A DNA stretch of 64,000 bases from Eledone cirrhosa (Eukaryota): assembly GCA_964016885.1 (NCBI GenBank), contig OZ024743.1, positions 77,438,001 to 77,502,000 of the forward strand. Direction: 5' to 3'. The notes under the pieces are model-generated. The model searched no databases, was not told where the DNA came from, and saw only the letters and a list, made by a program, of their open reading frames with translations. Position 1 is the stretch's first letter. The number at the start of each line of letters is the position of its first letter. The translations under genes were made by a program, and so were the position numbers. Positions 14,301 through 26,749 of this stretch are shown piece by piece.

Positions 14301-15621
14301 TGATTGTCACTCTTTGGATAAGTGTTAAGTGTTTGTGTTGAAAGCAGTACAACTGTTTAGTCGTTTTTTACATATCTCATTTGTAAGCAGAAAATTCTCA
14401 ATTCCACAAATATACATCTAACGTTTATTAAAAGAAAAAAAAACTACATTTGAAACAAAGAACTTCTAAATCTGCAATTACAACCTTTTTAAAGACCGGT
14501 GATTTTTATTCAGGATAATATCATCTTGTACATTTCACATTGTGACAATCAGTTGAGAAAGAGCTGTGTTTGTTTGGGAATGAAATATAAAGCTGGTTCC
14601 ATTCTATATTGTAGCTATTCAGATGAATAGCATGGCTAAGTACCAACACTAACACCTCTTACTGATGACAATAGTCTCTTTGTTTTATCTTTATCATTTT
14701 AGTCAATTTCTCTGCAAACCGTTGTCATGCAACTAGTGGAGATGTGCAAATTTTTACTGTGTTTGTATCACCCATTCTGACAGAAGCAGCTTTTCTAGTC
14801 TTCCATTTTTATTATCTTGGTTATTACTAAGTGAAGGCAAGCATTATTTGCTTAACAAATGGAGAGTTGCTACAGTTCTTCCTTTATCTTTCACACATTT
14901 ATTTTTTTCACTCGCCAATATTGTAGGCTCTAATTTACTATTCTTAGATTTTATTCCATATTAACAAAATGTTAATAAAATAGTAGGCCCCCACCATATC
15001 TTTAATCAATAACTAGGTTAATAATATATCAATAACATATCTTTTTATAATTAGAAGTTAGACTCTAATATTTTAATAATTGAAATTGATTCCAAAATTA
15101 TTAGTTGAATTATAGTTTTGACGTTTCAACCCTGTAGCTTGACTTAATAATTGAACCCTTATATAATGTACAATTGTAAACTGGCGTGAAAAAATAATGT
15201 ACTTCTTTATAAATGATTAAATCTGGGGAGCCTGGCCCAAAACTAAAAACTTTTACGGCTCTCTTCAACTTTCACATACATTTCTTTTTGCACTGTTTCA
15301 CTAAACTTTACATGCTGAATTAATGTTGTATAATCTTTTTTATATATAAAAATTACTGTTTATATACTTTTAAAATGTTTTAATGTTATGGTTACACTGA
15401 AAAATTAGTTTTCATGTTTCTTAAGTGTTTGAAGATAACTTAAATTAACACTTCTTTTACTGGTTATGTTAACTATTTTTATTTTAGTAACATTACTGAA
15501 GTCATTTATATATATTTAAATATGGTCATGAAGTAGTTAAGTTATGCCTCATTTAACTAGCTTGATAAATGTCATGCTAACTTCTCAAAATCATTTGTGG
15601 CAACAGATTAATAACGATTAA

Positions 15622-15813
15622 CCCTTTAGTTACAAACCTGGCCAAAACTGGCTCTGGCTCTATGAAATAAACTCACCCATTTTAAAGGTTTCTAATTTAT
15701 ATTCAAATATTCCAACATAATTTTATATAAGAACCTTATACTATCTTAGCTATGAAATAATAATTTTAACAAATCCCTCAAAATTCTTCATTAGAAATGC
15801 AGTCACGAAAGGG
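15622..15813. mobile_element. piggyBac-like MITE
   Basis: TTAA|CCCTTTAGTTAC...GTCACGAAAGGG|TTAA: 12-bp TIR (10/12) with TTAA target duplication. Decayed relatives near 3690-3870 and 48050-49220. Confidence 0.75.
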
Positions 15814-16986
15814 TTAAATTCTGTTAGTTATAGAGAATTTCTGGTTCATAATTGATGTGTTCAGTTAACCTTGTTATTTTAATCTTAATTTTTATGAATG
15901 GAATTTAAGATTACCAAAGTAGTGAGCTTTAAAACAACTGGAAATTTTGACATTAATCTAACCAACATGACCATAATACCAGCTTAAAATATATCAAATT
16001 GAACAATATTAGCTTTAGATAAATAACCATTGGCTGTCAATTTTGTTTTGTCTTTTAATAAATTGTTTTTAAATATATTGTTTGAGTCTTACAATATTCA
16101 TCTGAAGACAATCAGAACACTAGTTTCTTTTATAAAGAAACTATCAGATGAAATATTCCTGTTTAAAAAAACAAAATTTCATTGTAGATTAAAATGCCAA
16201 TATTCCTCCTTATACAATAATGTCTCTCCAATGTAGTTTGTTTATAATTTGTATAGTTGCTTTAATATCTTGGAGGGCATTACTGAAATTAAACTGTGGA
16301 TTTATAAAACAACTAGCCTACCTCACTCTGTAATATTATGTTCAGAGCTTAGAGCCACAGGAAGCAAAGTATTTCACTGGTTTATCAATATGATTAATCA
16401 TTTTCTTTCTTTCGTTTTTCTTTTTTTTCTTTTTTTTTCTTTTTTTTTCTTTTTTTTTCTTTTTTTTTCTTTTTTTTTCTTTTTTTTTTTCTTCCCCTCA
16501 AACAAGTCTTGAGTGCTTTTTATGTGTTAAAAGTGATTTATTTATTTTATTTTTTTTTTTAAACTGGGAAGGACTTGTACAAAGCATGGAATATTGAGCT
16601 TTTTCCTTTATGCATTTCACGCTTATTGTGGCTTTACTCCCGCTCTATTATGGATACAGGCTTTGACATTAACTCACTGGCAGGTTTTAAACTTAGTCCT
16701 AAAATACTCCTAAATAAGGAGTTTTTTTTTTCCTCCCCCCTTTTTTTTTCTATTTTTCCCCCCATCCTCTAACTAGTCCAGCCATGTCCTTGAACTGGTG
16801 CTTTGAAACAAACATCCAACAATTTAGTGCTGCTGCTGCTGCTGTTGTTGGCATTATTGCGTGTTATAACTAATACCATTGCATTCTCTGTGATAGCTGT
16901 CAGGAGTGATGTATCAAACTGTTGGTTTACTGCTGCACACAGGTGGATTTTTCACACTAATTTATTTCTCAGCCTTCTCATTGAAT

Positions 16987-17031
16987 AATAAACTGATACC
17001 AACTCAAAAACTTGTCTTTGTTATTGTTGTT
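16987..17031 (+). terminator. Polyadenylation signal and GU-rich downstream element
   Basis: AATAAA at 16987-16992, then TTGTCTTTGTTATTGTTGTT about 20 nt downstream, at the edge of the TE-poor zone. Confidence 0.55.
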
Positions 17032-17032
17032 A

Positions 17033-17595
17033 AAGAGGTGAATTGGCAGAATCGTTAGTGTCAGACAAAATGCTTTGCAGTATTTAGTTATGACTCTATG
17101 TTCTGAGTTCAAATCCTGCTATGGTTAGCTTTGCCTTTCATCCTTACAGGGTCGATAATAAAGTACCAGTAACACTGAGGTAGATTTAATTAACTTTCCC
17201 CTCCCCCAAAATTGTTGGCCTTGTGCTTAATCAGAAATTATTATTAAAAGGGTGGTGGATTGGCAGTATTGGTAGAGGGTCGGACGACATGCTTTGACGC
17301 ATAAAGTTACGGCCCTTGCCATTCTGAGTTCAAATCCCGCTGAGGTTAACTTTGCCCTTCATCCTTACAGAGTCGATAAAATAAAGTACCAGTAATAGAC
17401 TGGGTAATTGCTGGCCTTGTGCCAAAAGTAGAAACAATTATTATTAAAAGAAAGGTGGATTGGCAGTATCAGTAGAGTCTGACGCACTGCTTTGCTGCAA
17501 AGAGTTACGACCCTTTATGGTCTGAGTTCAAATCCCGCCGGGGTTAACTTTGCCTTGGGATAATTGCTGGCCTTGTACCAAATCAGAAATTATTA
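17033..17595 (+). mobile_element. Three tandem tRNA-derived SINEs (family B)
   Basis: Each has TGGCAG.., a B-box GAGTTCAAATCC, AACTTTGCC (TTTGCC in the first copy), and GCTGGCCTTGT-like ends before an (ATT)n tail. Same family also near 19745, 31540, 32310, 32900, 33200, 33300, 35820, 36885 and 47715. Confidence 0.8.
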
Positions 17596-18302
17596 TTATA
17601 AAAGAAATGGCTATTGTTGTTGACAGGGCCAAGCTGCCTGGTGATCTGCCATAATACAATGTGACAATAAAAGTAAACATGGTGAAAGATCAGAGGCTAC
17701 AGTGTTGCTGATGAAGCAGAAACAATATAGGGTTTGAGATGACTCTTCAAATATATGACAACCTCTCTAGTGCTGGTGTCACCCAGTACATTCTGTAAGG
17801 TGCTGGTGCCATGAAAAAATATCCAGTCAATTCCTTCTCTAAATCTCTATCTGTCACTCCTCTGGAAGTTGAAAATTCCCAAGACAATATATTTAACTAT
17901 GGTGCGATTAGGAATTACTGGACTGTCTATAAGTACATTATTAGTATGCTAGCACTAGGGAGGTTATATCTTTGACACAACTAAACAGTCCTCCCAACCA
18001 TTTGTTTGGTAAGATTTTTACAGCTGGATGCTCTTCTTATCACTTTACAAAGTGTACTACTAGGTATATTCACTATGTAAATTACCAACATTAGGGCTGC
18101 TGTCATGTCTGACACAACTGAAGAGTCCTCCTGGATTTTTGGCAGGTTTTCTTCGCCTAATTGTCCTTCCTATCAGTAGCCATCTTACAGAGTGTACTGG
18201 GTGCATTAATGATGAAGCTCACCAACACTAGAGACATTGTGCCCACTTGATCCTATTTTGGTGGGGTTTCTACAGTGGGAGGCCAATGAATTAATGCTTT
18301 AA

Positions 18303-18509
18303 CCCTTTAGCATTTAAACCGGCCATGTCCGGCCAAAATTCTCTCAAACAAGCTGTAACTGGCCACTTATACTGATGTTAAGGTATTGTTCTCAAAATGA
18401 ATAATATCAAAATCTCATAGATTCAATATTATGTGAGATAATTGTGTCAGATAAAACCTTTACCTTGAAAATACAGTAGTATATATAGAGTAATGTAAAT
18501 GCTAAAGGG
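18303..18509. mobile_element. piggyBac-like MITE (second family)
   Basis: TTAA|CCCTTTAGCATTTA...TAAATGCTAAAGGG, a 14-bp TIR; inverted copy at 45566-45764. Confidence 0.8.
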
Positions 18510-18634
18510 TAAAAAAAAAGCTTTGTTATTAACCCTTTTAAAGGGTTCCTATTTAAATTAAAGTCTTTCAACAATTTTATATTAGAACCATTTGTTAAAT
18601 TATGTTACAGATACTATCATCATTTAAATAATAT

Positions 18635-19322
18635 AAATAATAATGAAAATATTGTGTACAGTGCTCAGGTGCACTACAGCTCATCAAAAGTGTATGTATA
18701 GTACATAGGGTAATGTACAAACGTCAGGAAAATGAACTGCATGAGTCATGATATACACGTGTGTATGGGAAGGGGACATCTGGTGTAATTTTGGCGAATT
18801 TCGGGAAGCAGGCAGTTTGTTCCATGCTTCAGCAACTCTAAGCGTGAAAAAATGTTTCTGAAAGTCATTGGAGCTGTGCTGTTTTCTGATTTTGTAGGCA
18901 TGTTCACGTGTGTTAGACACATGGAGATCAAAAAGGTGCTCAGGGTTGTTGTTGGCGAGATGGTTAATAACTTTGTGGGTGTTGACCAAGTCCATTGCCA
19001 GACGTCAGAGTTTCAATGAATCCATGCCCAGGGAAGCAAGGCGTTCAGAGTATGGTAGGTGTCTGATGGAGGGTATGCACTTGGTTGCACGTCTCTGAAT
19101 AGTTTCCAGGAGGTAAATGTTCTGAGCAAGATAGGGGTTCCAGACTGATGATGCGAATTCCAAGTGTGGTCGTACCATAGCTGTATACAGCTTTAAATAG
19201 ATGGCTGGAGAGCGGCTAACAAAGGTCTTGCTGAGTGATGCCAAAACACCCTCGGCCTCCTTGACAATTTTAGAGATGTGTTTTGTCCACATCTCTAAAA
19301 TTGTCAAGAAGGCCGAGGGTGT
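18635..19322 (-). mobile_element. 5'-truncated CR1/L2-type LINE (RT C-terminus and tail)
   Basis: Translation LYTAMVRPHLEFASSVWNPY...LETIQRRATKCIPSIRHLPYSERL and ..FFTLRVAEAWNKLP, typical CR1/L2-group ORF2 C-terminal motifs, interrupted by a stop. Confidence 0.9.
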
Positions 19323-19887
19323 CTTAACATCTGCTTTTCCTGGAAGCAAAGGCTGGACAGTTCTACATAGACCAAGTTAGTACTGACGTGGGGCCACTGT
19401 CATCACAGACGGGCTGAGGAGGTTTGTATCCTGCTTACATGCAATCATTATCAAATTCAGAGAAGTCATGTCTTGATACAAACTGAAGGATCTTTCTAAC
19501 CCCTCGCTTGGCAAGTGTTCTACAGCCGGATGCCCTTCCTAACACTAACCACTTTACAGCATGAACTGGGTACTTTTATTGTATAGGTCACCAGTAGTAG
19601 GGAGACTCATGTCCTAGACATAACTGAAAGATTCTTCCAACCCTTTGACAAGCTTTCTATGGGTGGATGCTCTTCCTAACACCAGCCAGTTTACAGCTTG
19701 TACAGTGTGTTTATTGTGTAGATCACCATAATAATTGTTTTTACTTTGAGGCACAAGGCCAGCGATTAGCCAGTACATTACTGGTACTTTATTTTATCGA
19801 CCCCATAAGGATGAAAGGCAAAGTTAACCTCGGCGGGATTTAAAGGGACGTAACGATAATAATGAAATTATGTTAGTAAAAAAACTA

Positions 19888-22800
19888 CAGCTAACGAAAT
19901 ACACTCCTAGGAACAAGACACTCCTACAATGTTGACATACATACCTCTAACCAAATATACTCCTAGAAACGAGACACTCCTATAATGTTGACATACACAC
20001 CTCTAACCAAATATACTCCTAGGAACAAGACACTCCTATAATGTTGACGTACCTCTAACCAAATACACTCCTAGAAACAAGACACTCCTATAATGTTGAC
20101 ATACACACCTCTAATCAAATATACTACTAGGAACAAGACACTCCTATAATGTTGAGATACATACCTCTAACCAAATACACTCTTAGGAACGAGACACTCC
20201 TACAATGTTGACATACACACCTCTAACCACATATACTCCTAGGAACAAGACACTCCTATAATGTTGAAACACCTCTAACCAAATATACTCCTAGGAACAA
20301 GACACTCTTATAATGTTGACATACCTCTAAGCAAATATACTCCTAGTAACAAGACACTCCTATAATGTTGACATACAGACCCCTAACGAAATACACTCCT
20401 AGGAACAAGACACTCATATAATGTTGACATCCACACCTCTAAGCAAATATACTCGTAGGAACAAGACACTCCTATAATGTTGACATACACACCTCTAACC
20501 AAATATACTCCTAGGAACAAGACACTCATATGATGTTGACACACCTCTAACCAAATATACTCCTAGGAACAAGACACTCCTATAATGTTGACATCCACAC
20601 CTCTAAGCAAATATACTCGTAGGAACAAGACACTCCTATAATGTTGACATACAGACCCCTAACGAAATACACTCCTAGGAACAAGACACTCCTATAATGT
20701 TGACATACACACCTCTAACCAAATATACTCCTAGGAACAAGACACTCCTATAATGTTGACACACCTCTAACCAAATATACTCCTAGGAACAAGACACTCT
20801 TATAATGTTGACATACCTCTAACCAAATATACTCCTAGTAACAAGACACTCCTATAATGTTGACATACAGACCCCTAACGAAATACACTCCTAGGAACAA
20901 GACACTCATATAATGTTGACATCCACACCTCTAAGCAAATATACTCGTAGGAACAAGACACTCCTATAATGTTGACATACACACCTCTAACCAAATATAC
21001 TCCTAGGAACAAGACACTCCTATAATGTTGACATACAGACCCCTAACGAAATACACTCCTAGGAACAAGACACTCATATAATGTTGACATCCACACCTCT
21101 AAGCAAATATACTCGTAGAAACAAGACACTCCTATAATGTTGACATACACACCTCTAACCAAATATACTCCTAGGAACAAGACACTCCTAAAATGTTGAA
21201 ACACCTCTAACCAAATATACTCCTAGGAACAAGACACTCCTATAATGTTGACACACCTCTAATCAAATATACTCCTAGGAATAAGACACTCCTATAATGT
21301 TGACATACACACCTCTAACCAAATATACTCCTAGGAACAAGACACTCCTAAAATGTTGAAACACCTCTAACCAAATATACTCCTAGGAACAAGACACTCC
21401 TATAATGTTGACACACCTCTAATCAAATATACTCCTAGGAACAAGACACTCCTATAATGTTGACATACACACCTCTAACCAAATATACTCCTAGGAACAA
21501 GACACTCCTAAAATGTTGAAACACCTCTAACCAAATATACTCCTAGGAACAAGACACTCCTATAATGTTGACACACCTCTAATCAAATATACTCCTAGGA
21601 ATAAGACACTCCTATAATTTTGACATACACACCTCTAACCAAATATACTCCTAGGAACAAGACACTCCTATAATGTTGAAACACCTCTAACCAAATATAC
21701 TCCTAGGAACAAGACACTCCTATAATGTTGACATACACACCTCTAACCAAATATACTCCTAGGAACAAGACACTCCTAAAATGTTGAAACACCTCTAACC
21801 AAATATACTCCTAGGAACAAGACACTCCTATAATGTTGACATACACACCTCTAACCAAATATACTCTTAGGAACAAGACACTCCTATAATGTTGAAACAC
21901 CTCTAACCAAATATACTCCTAGGAACAAGACACTCCTATAATGTTGACATACCTCTAATCAAATATTCTCCTAGGAACAAGACACTCCTATAATGTTGAC
22001 ATACCTCTAATCAAATATTCTCCTAGGAACAAGACACTCCTATAATGTTGACATACAGACCCTAATGAAATACACTCCTATAATGTTGACATACACACCT
22101 CTAACGAAACACACTCCTAGGAACAAGACACTCCTATAATGTTGACACACCTCTAACCAAATATACTCCTAGGAACAAGACACTCCTATAATGTTGACAT
22201 ACCTCTAACCAAATACACCCTTAGGAACAAGACACTCCTATAATGTTGACATACACACCTCTAACCAAATATACTCCTAGTAACAAGACATTCCAATAAT
22301 GTTGACATACAGACTGCTAACGAAATACACTCCTAGGAACAAGACACTCCTATAATGTTGACATACACCTCTAACCAAATATACTCCTAGGAACAAGACA
22401 CTCCTATAATGTTGACATACCTCTAACCAAATATACTCCTAGGAACAAGACACTCCTATAATGTTGACATACACACCTCTAACCAAATATACTCCTAGGA
22501 ACAAGACACTCCTATAATGTTGACATACCTCTAACCAAATACACTCCTAGGAACAAGACACTCCTATAATGTTGACATACACACCTCTAACCAAATATAC
22601 TCTTAGGAACAAGACACTCCTATAATGTTGACATACCTCTAACCAAATATACTCCTAGGAACAAGACACTCCTATAATGTTGACATACACACCTCTAACC
22701 AAATATACTCCTAGGAACAAGACACTCCTATAATGTTGACATACCTCTAACCAAATACACTCCTAGGAACAAGACACTCCTATAATGTTGACATACACAC

Positions 22801-23765
22801 CTCTAACCAAATATACTCTTAGGAACAAGACACTCCTATAATGTTGACATACCTCTAACCAAATATACTCCTAGGAACAAGACACTCCTATAATGTTGAC
22901 ATACACACCTCTAACCAAATATACTCTTAGGTACAAGACACTCCTATAATGTTGACATACACACCTGTAACCAAATACACTTCTAGGAACAAGACACTCC
23001 TATAATGTTGACATACACACCTCTAATCAAATATACTCCGAGGAACAAGACTCTCCTCTAATGTTGACACACCTCTAACCAAATACACTCCTAGGAACAA
23101 GACTCTCCTCTAATGTTGACGTACCTCTAACCAAATACACTCCTAGGAACAAGACACTCCTATAATGTTCACATACCTCTAACCAAATATACTCCTAGGA
23201 ACAAGACTCTCCTCTAATGTTGACATACACACCTCTAACCAAATATACTCCTAGGAACAAGACTCTCCTCTAATGTTGACATACACACCTCTAACCAAAT
23301 ATACTCCTAGGAACAAGACACTCTTATAATGTTGACATACACACCTCTAACCAAATATACTCCTAGGAACAAGACACTCCTACAATGTTGACATACACAC
23401 CTCTAACCAAATATACTCCTAGGAACAAGACTCTCCTCTAATGTTGACATACACACCTCTAACCAAATATACTCCTAGGAACAAGACACTCCTACAATGT
23501 TGACATACACACCTGTAACCAAATATACTCCTAGGAACAAGACTCTCCTCTAATGTTGACATACACACCTCTAACCAAATACACTCCTAGGAACAAGACA
23601 CTCTTATAATGTTGACATACACACCTGTAACCAAATATAATCCTAGGAACAAGACTCTCCTCTAATGTTGACATACACACCTCTAACCAAATATACTCCT
23701 AGGAACAAGACACTCTTATAATGTTGACATACACACTTGTAACCAAATATAATCCTAGGAACATA
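19888..23765. repeat. 52/56-bp satellite (CCTAGGAACAAGACACTCCTATAATGTTGACAT(ACAC)ACCTCTAACCAAATATACT), ~70 copies
   Basis: Periods of 56 and 52 read at 22441, 22497 and 22549. Confidence 0.97.
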
Positions 23766-23875
23766 CCTCATCTAGACAAACTTCAATCTTTAACTAATAA
23801 TATGTATATGTGTGTTTGTATGTGTGTATAGATGTTTATTACACTATGTCATTTTAGGTAGATATTTCATATACG

Positions 23876-23903
<28 letters not shown>

Positions 23904-23906
<3 letters not shown>

Positions 23907-24366
23907 TCATCATCATCATCATCGTTTAACGTCCATGTTCCACGCTTGCATGGGTTTGGACGGGAGTTTTCCCACTTGAGGCAAGAGTGGTTGTCTTGCT
24001 CGCATAGGACTGTCTGGCGGGTTTTCTACAGCTGGATGCCCTTCCTAACACCAACCACATTTACAGTGTGGGGCTGGGAGGTTTTTACCGTGTTGCCTAC
24101 ACGGCCACATTACAGCGTGGACTGTCTGGCATGTTTTCTACAGCTGGATACCCTTCCTAACACCAACCACATTTACAGTGTGGGACTGGTAGGTTTTTAC
24201 CGGTTGCCTACACGGCCACATTACAGCGTGGACTGTGTGTTTTTTGTTGTGACACCTACACGATCTCATTTGTTTCGGCCTGGATGTTGTGGCACCAACA
24301 TAACTTTACATTGAAAGGGGCGGTGTGGATGGGGTGGGGCTGGTGGGATGGGGGTGTATTTTGTTA
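23904..24366 (-). mobile_element. RTE 3' UTR/tail fragment between (TA)n tracts
   Basis: Same sequence family as 813-1320. Confidence 0.85.
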
Positions 24367-25024
24367 GATATATATATATATATATATACACACATCATCA
24401 TCATTTTACGTCCGCTTTTCCCTGCTTGTATGGTCCCGTAACTGCTGAGGGAGTCATAGGGTCTCTGTATTAACATATAGCATTTCTTGGGCATCTTAAA
24501 ACTTGATGGAGCCCATATCCTCTCTCCTGATCAGAATACAGCAGATTTCTTCCAGAGAAGGGAAGAGATGTAGAGGAAGAATTGACTTCCAGTACATGAC
24601 AGGTACATTTTTGTTGACTTCGAATGAATGAAAGGCAAAATTGATAGGGTGTATGTCTATTTCTAAGCCCTGTCTATAAACAGCCTTCCCCATCACCCCC
24701 TAGAATGGTGAGAAGGAAATATATATATACAGTGGCAGACTGGCCAGGTTGCCCAATGGCAAGTGGGCCTCAGGGGCCCCATGGTGGCACTGCAGGAGTC
24801 CACTGTAATATTTTAGGGGCCAATGCTTTGCTTTCAAAAAATATCTTTAAAAATAAGTAAGAGAAAGAATAAAAATAAAAAAATAAATAAATAAACAAAT
24901 AAGCAAAGCATTTGGTCAAACAATTCCCTAGCGAATTGTTTGACCAAAATATGATAGTGCTAACAAGCAGAATCACTGGTTGTCTAGCTTACTGTATTCA
25001 TACATGGATCCAAACACACACACA

Positions 25025-26732
25025 CATCATCATCATCATCATTGTTTAATGTCTATCTTCCACGCTAGCATGGGTTTAGACGGGAATTGTCCCACTTGAG
25101 GCAAGATTGGTCAGGAGGCCGCGTCTCGCTCGTATAGGACTATCTGGCAGGTTTTCTACGGCTGGATGCCCTTCCTAACACCAACCACGTTTACAGTGTG
25201 GATTGGGAGGTTTTTACCGTGCTACCTACATGGCCACATTACAGCGTGGACTGTTTGTTTTTTTGTCGTGACAACTACACGACCTCATTAGTTTGGACTG
25301 GATGTTGTGGTACCAACATAACTTTACAGAGAAAGGGTGGTGTTGGTGGGAGTGGGGGTGGAGTAGGGGTAGTGGGATGGGGGTATATATTTGGTTAAGA
25401 GGTGCCTACTGACTAGTTTTCGCTATGTATATAGGCAAGGCAGGTCTTCTGTATTACTGCGTAGCACCAAAGATCTCGGTCCAGTCATATTGTCTTAGAG
25501 AGGTGTAAGTGTGTAAGGTTGGAATTTATCAAATCGTCCCAGGTTTTTCTGGGTCTACCTACTCCGTAACTTCCATCAATTTTGATCACCCTGCACTTTT
25601 TTTTATAAAGCTGTCGTCTTTCATACGCATCACGTGACCATACCAATGTAGTCTTCTCTGGAGTAAACAGCATTTGATCCCTCTTATTCCTAATTTTTCA
25701 CTTAGTTCATTTATGCTTTGCTGTTCGCGTATATTACTATTACATATCCAATGGAGTATGCATGCTTCGTTCTTCTCCAGTCTGCGCAGGTCCTCTGCAC
25801 ACAATGCCCATGTCTCACTGCCATGTAACATTGCTGTTCGTATGCACGCATCATACAATCTGCCTTTCATTTTTAGAGAGAATCCTTTAGTGGCCAATAG
25901 TGATATAAGCTCTCTGAACTTTTTCCATCCCGTTCTGACACTGGCTACTGTACTTTCAGAGCACCCTCCACCACTGCTGATCTTGTCACCCAGGTAATAG
26001 AAAGTGTCCACTATTTCTATAGAACCATCTGGGCAATAGAAGGAGCTAGTATCCTCTGGGCACTTGCTACTTATTGCACCTGAGCATCGGTCACATATAA
26101 AATCTACATTCTTAGATAGCTTACCTGTGATCCCACTACATCTTTTATATTCCTATAGTTTGCATTTTGGACATAAAATGGAATTTCTGCCTACTCCTTT
26201 CCTACACACTAAGCATGGCCATTTCCCAGAGGGGACCTGTGCCTTATTTTCCTTTCTATAAACTAGAACTTTAGTCTTAGACAAGTTAACTTTAAGGCCT
26301 TTTGATTCTAGGCCATGCTTCTATGTTTAGAATTTCTTCTCTAGTTCAGCCATCGATTCAGCTATAAGAGTTAGATCATCAGCGTATAGAAGTTCCCATG
26401 GGCAGCCGGTCTTGAACTCCTCTGTTATAGCCTGAAGGGCAATAATAAATAGGAGGGGGCTAAGGACAGAGCCTTGATGAACACCAACTTTTACGCTAAA
26501 TGCTTCACTATATTCGTTGTTAATTCTAACCCTGCTGACTGTTTCTTTATACATGGCTTGTATAGCTCTCACAAGCCATTCATCAACACCTAGTTTTCTA
26601 AGAGCCCACCAGATAATGGAGCGGGGGACTCTGTCAAAGGCTTTCTCCAAGTCAACAAAAGCTAAGTAGAGGGGTTCACCTTTAACTAGGTACTTCTCCT
26701 GTAGTTGTACAAGGAAAAGAGCGTCTGTGGTA
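25025..26732 (-). mobile_element. 5'-truncated RTE LINE (RT core, PHD-like finger, tail), disrupted
   Basis: ORFs with FVDLEKAFDRVPR, GVHQGSVLSPLLF, LLYADDL and RRLHWYGHVMR; (CAT)n tail at 25025. Confidence 0.95.
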
Positions 26733-26749
26733 ACACACACACATATATA

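Larger units (their letters stand above)
4811..17010 (+). other. Candidate ~12.2-kb 3' UTR
   Basis: Follows the stop codon; T-rich and almost free of transposons; ends with AATAAA and a GU-rich tract, after which SINEs start immediately. Confidence 0.55.

Noticed and set aside
17700-17730. CTGATGA-AGCA-GAAAC hammerhead-like spacing
   Set aside because: No stem II can form and there is no supporting stem I or III; likely chance.
19888-23765. CRISPR-like array (also considered for 2420-3575 and 49225-50308)
   Set aside because: Units are contiguous with no unique spacers, there are no cas genes, and the context is eukaryotic.
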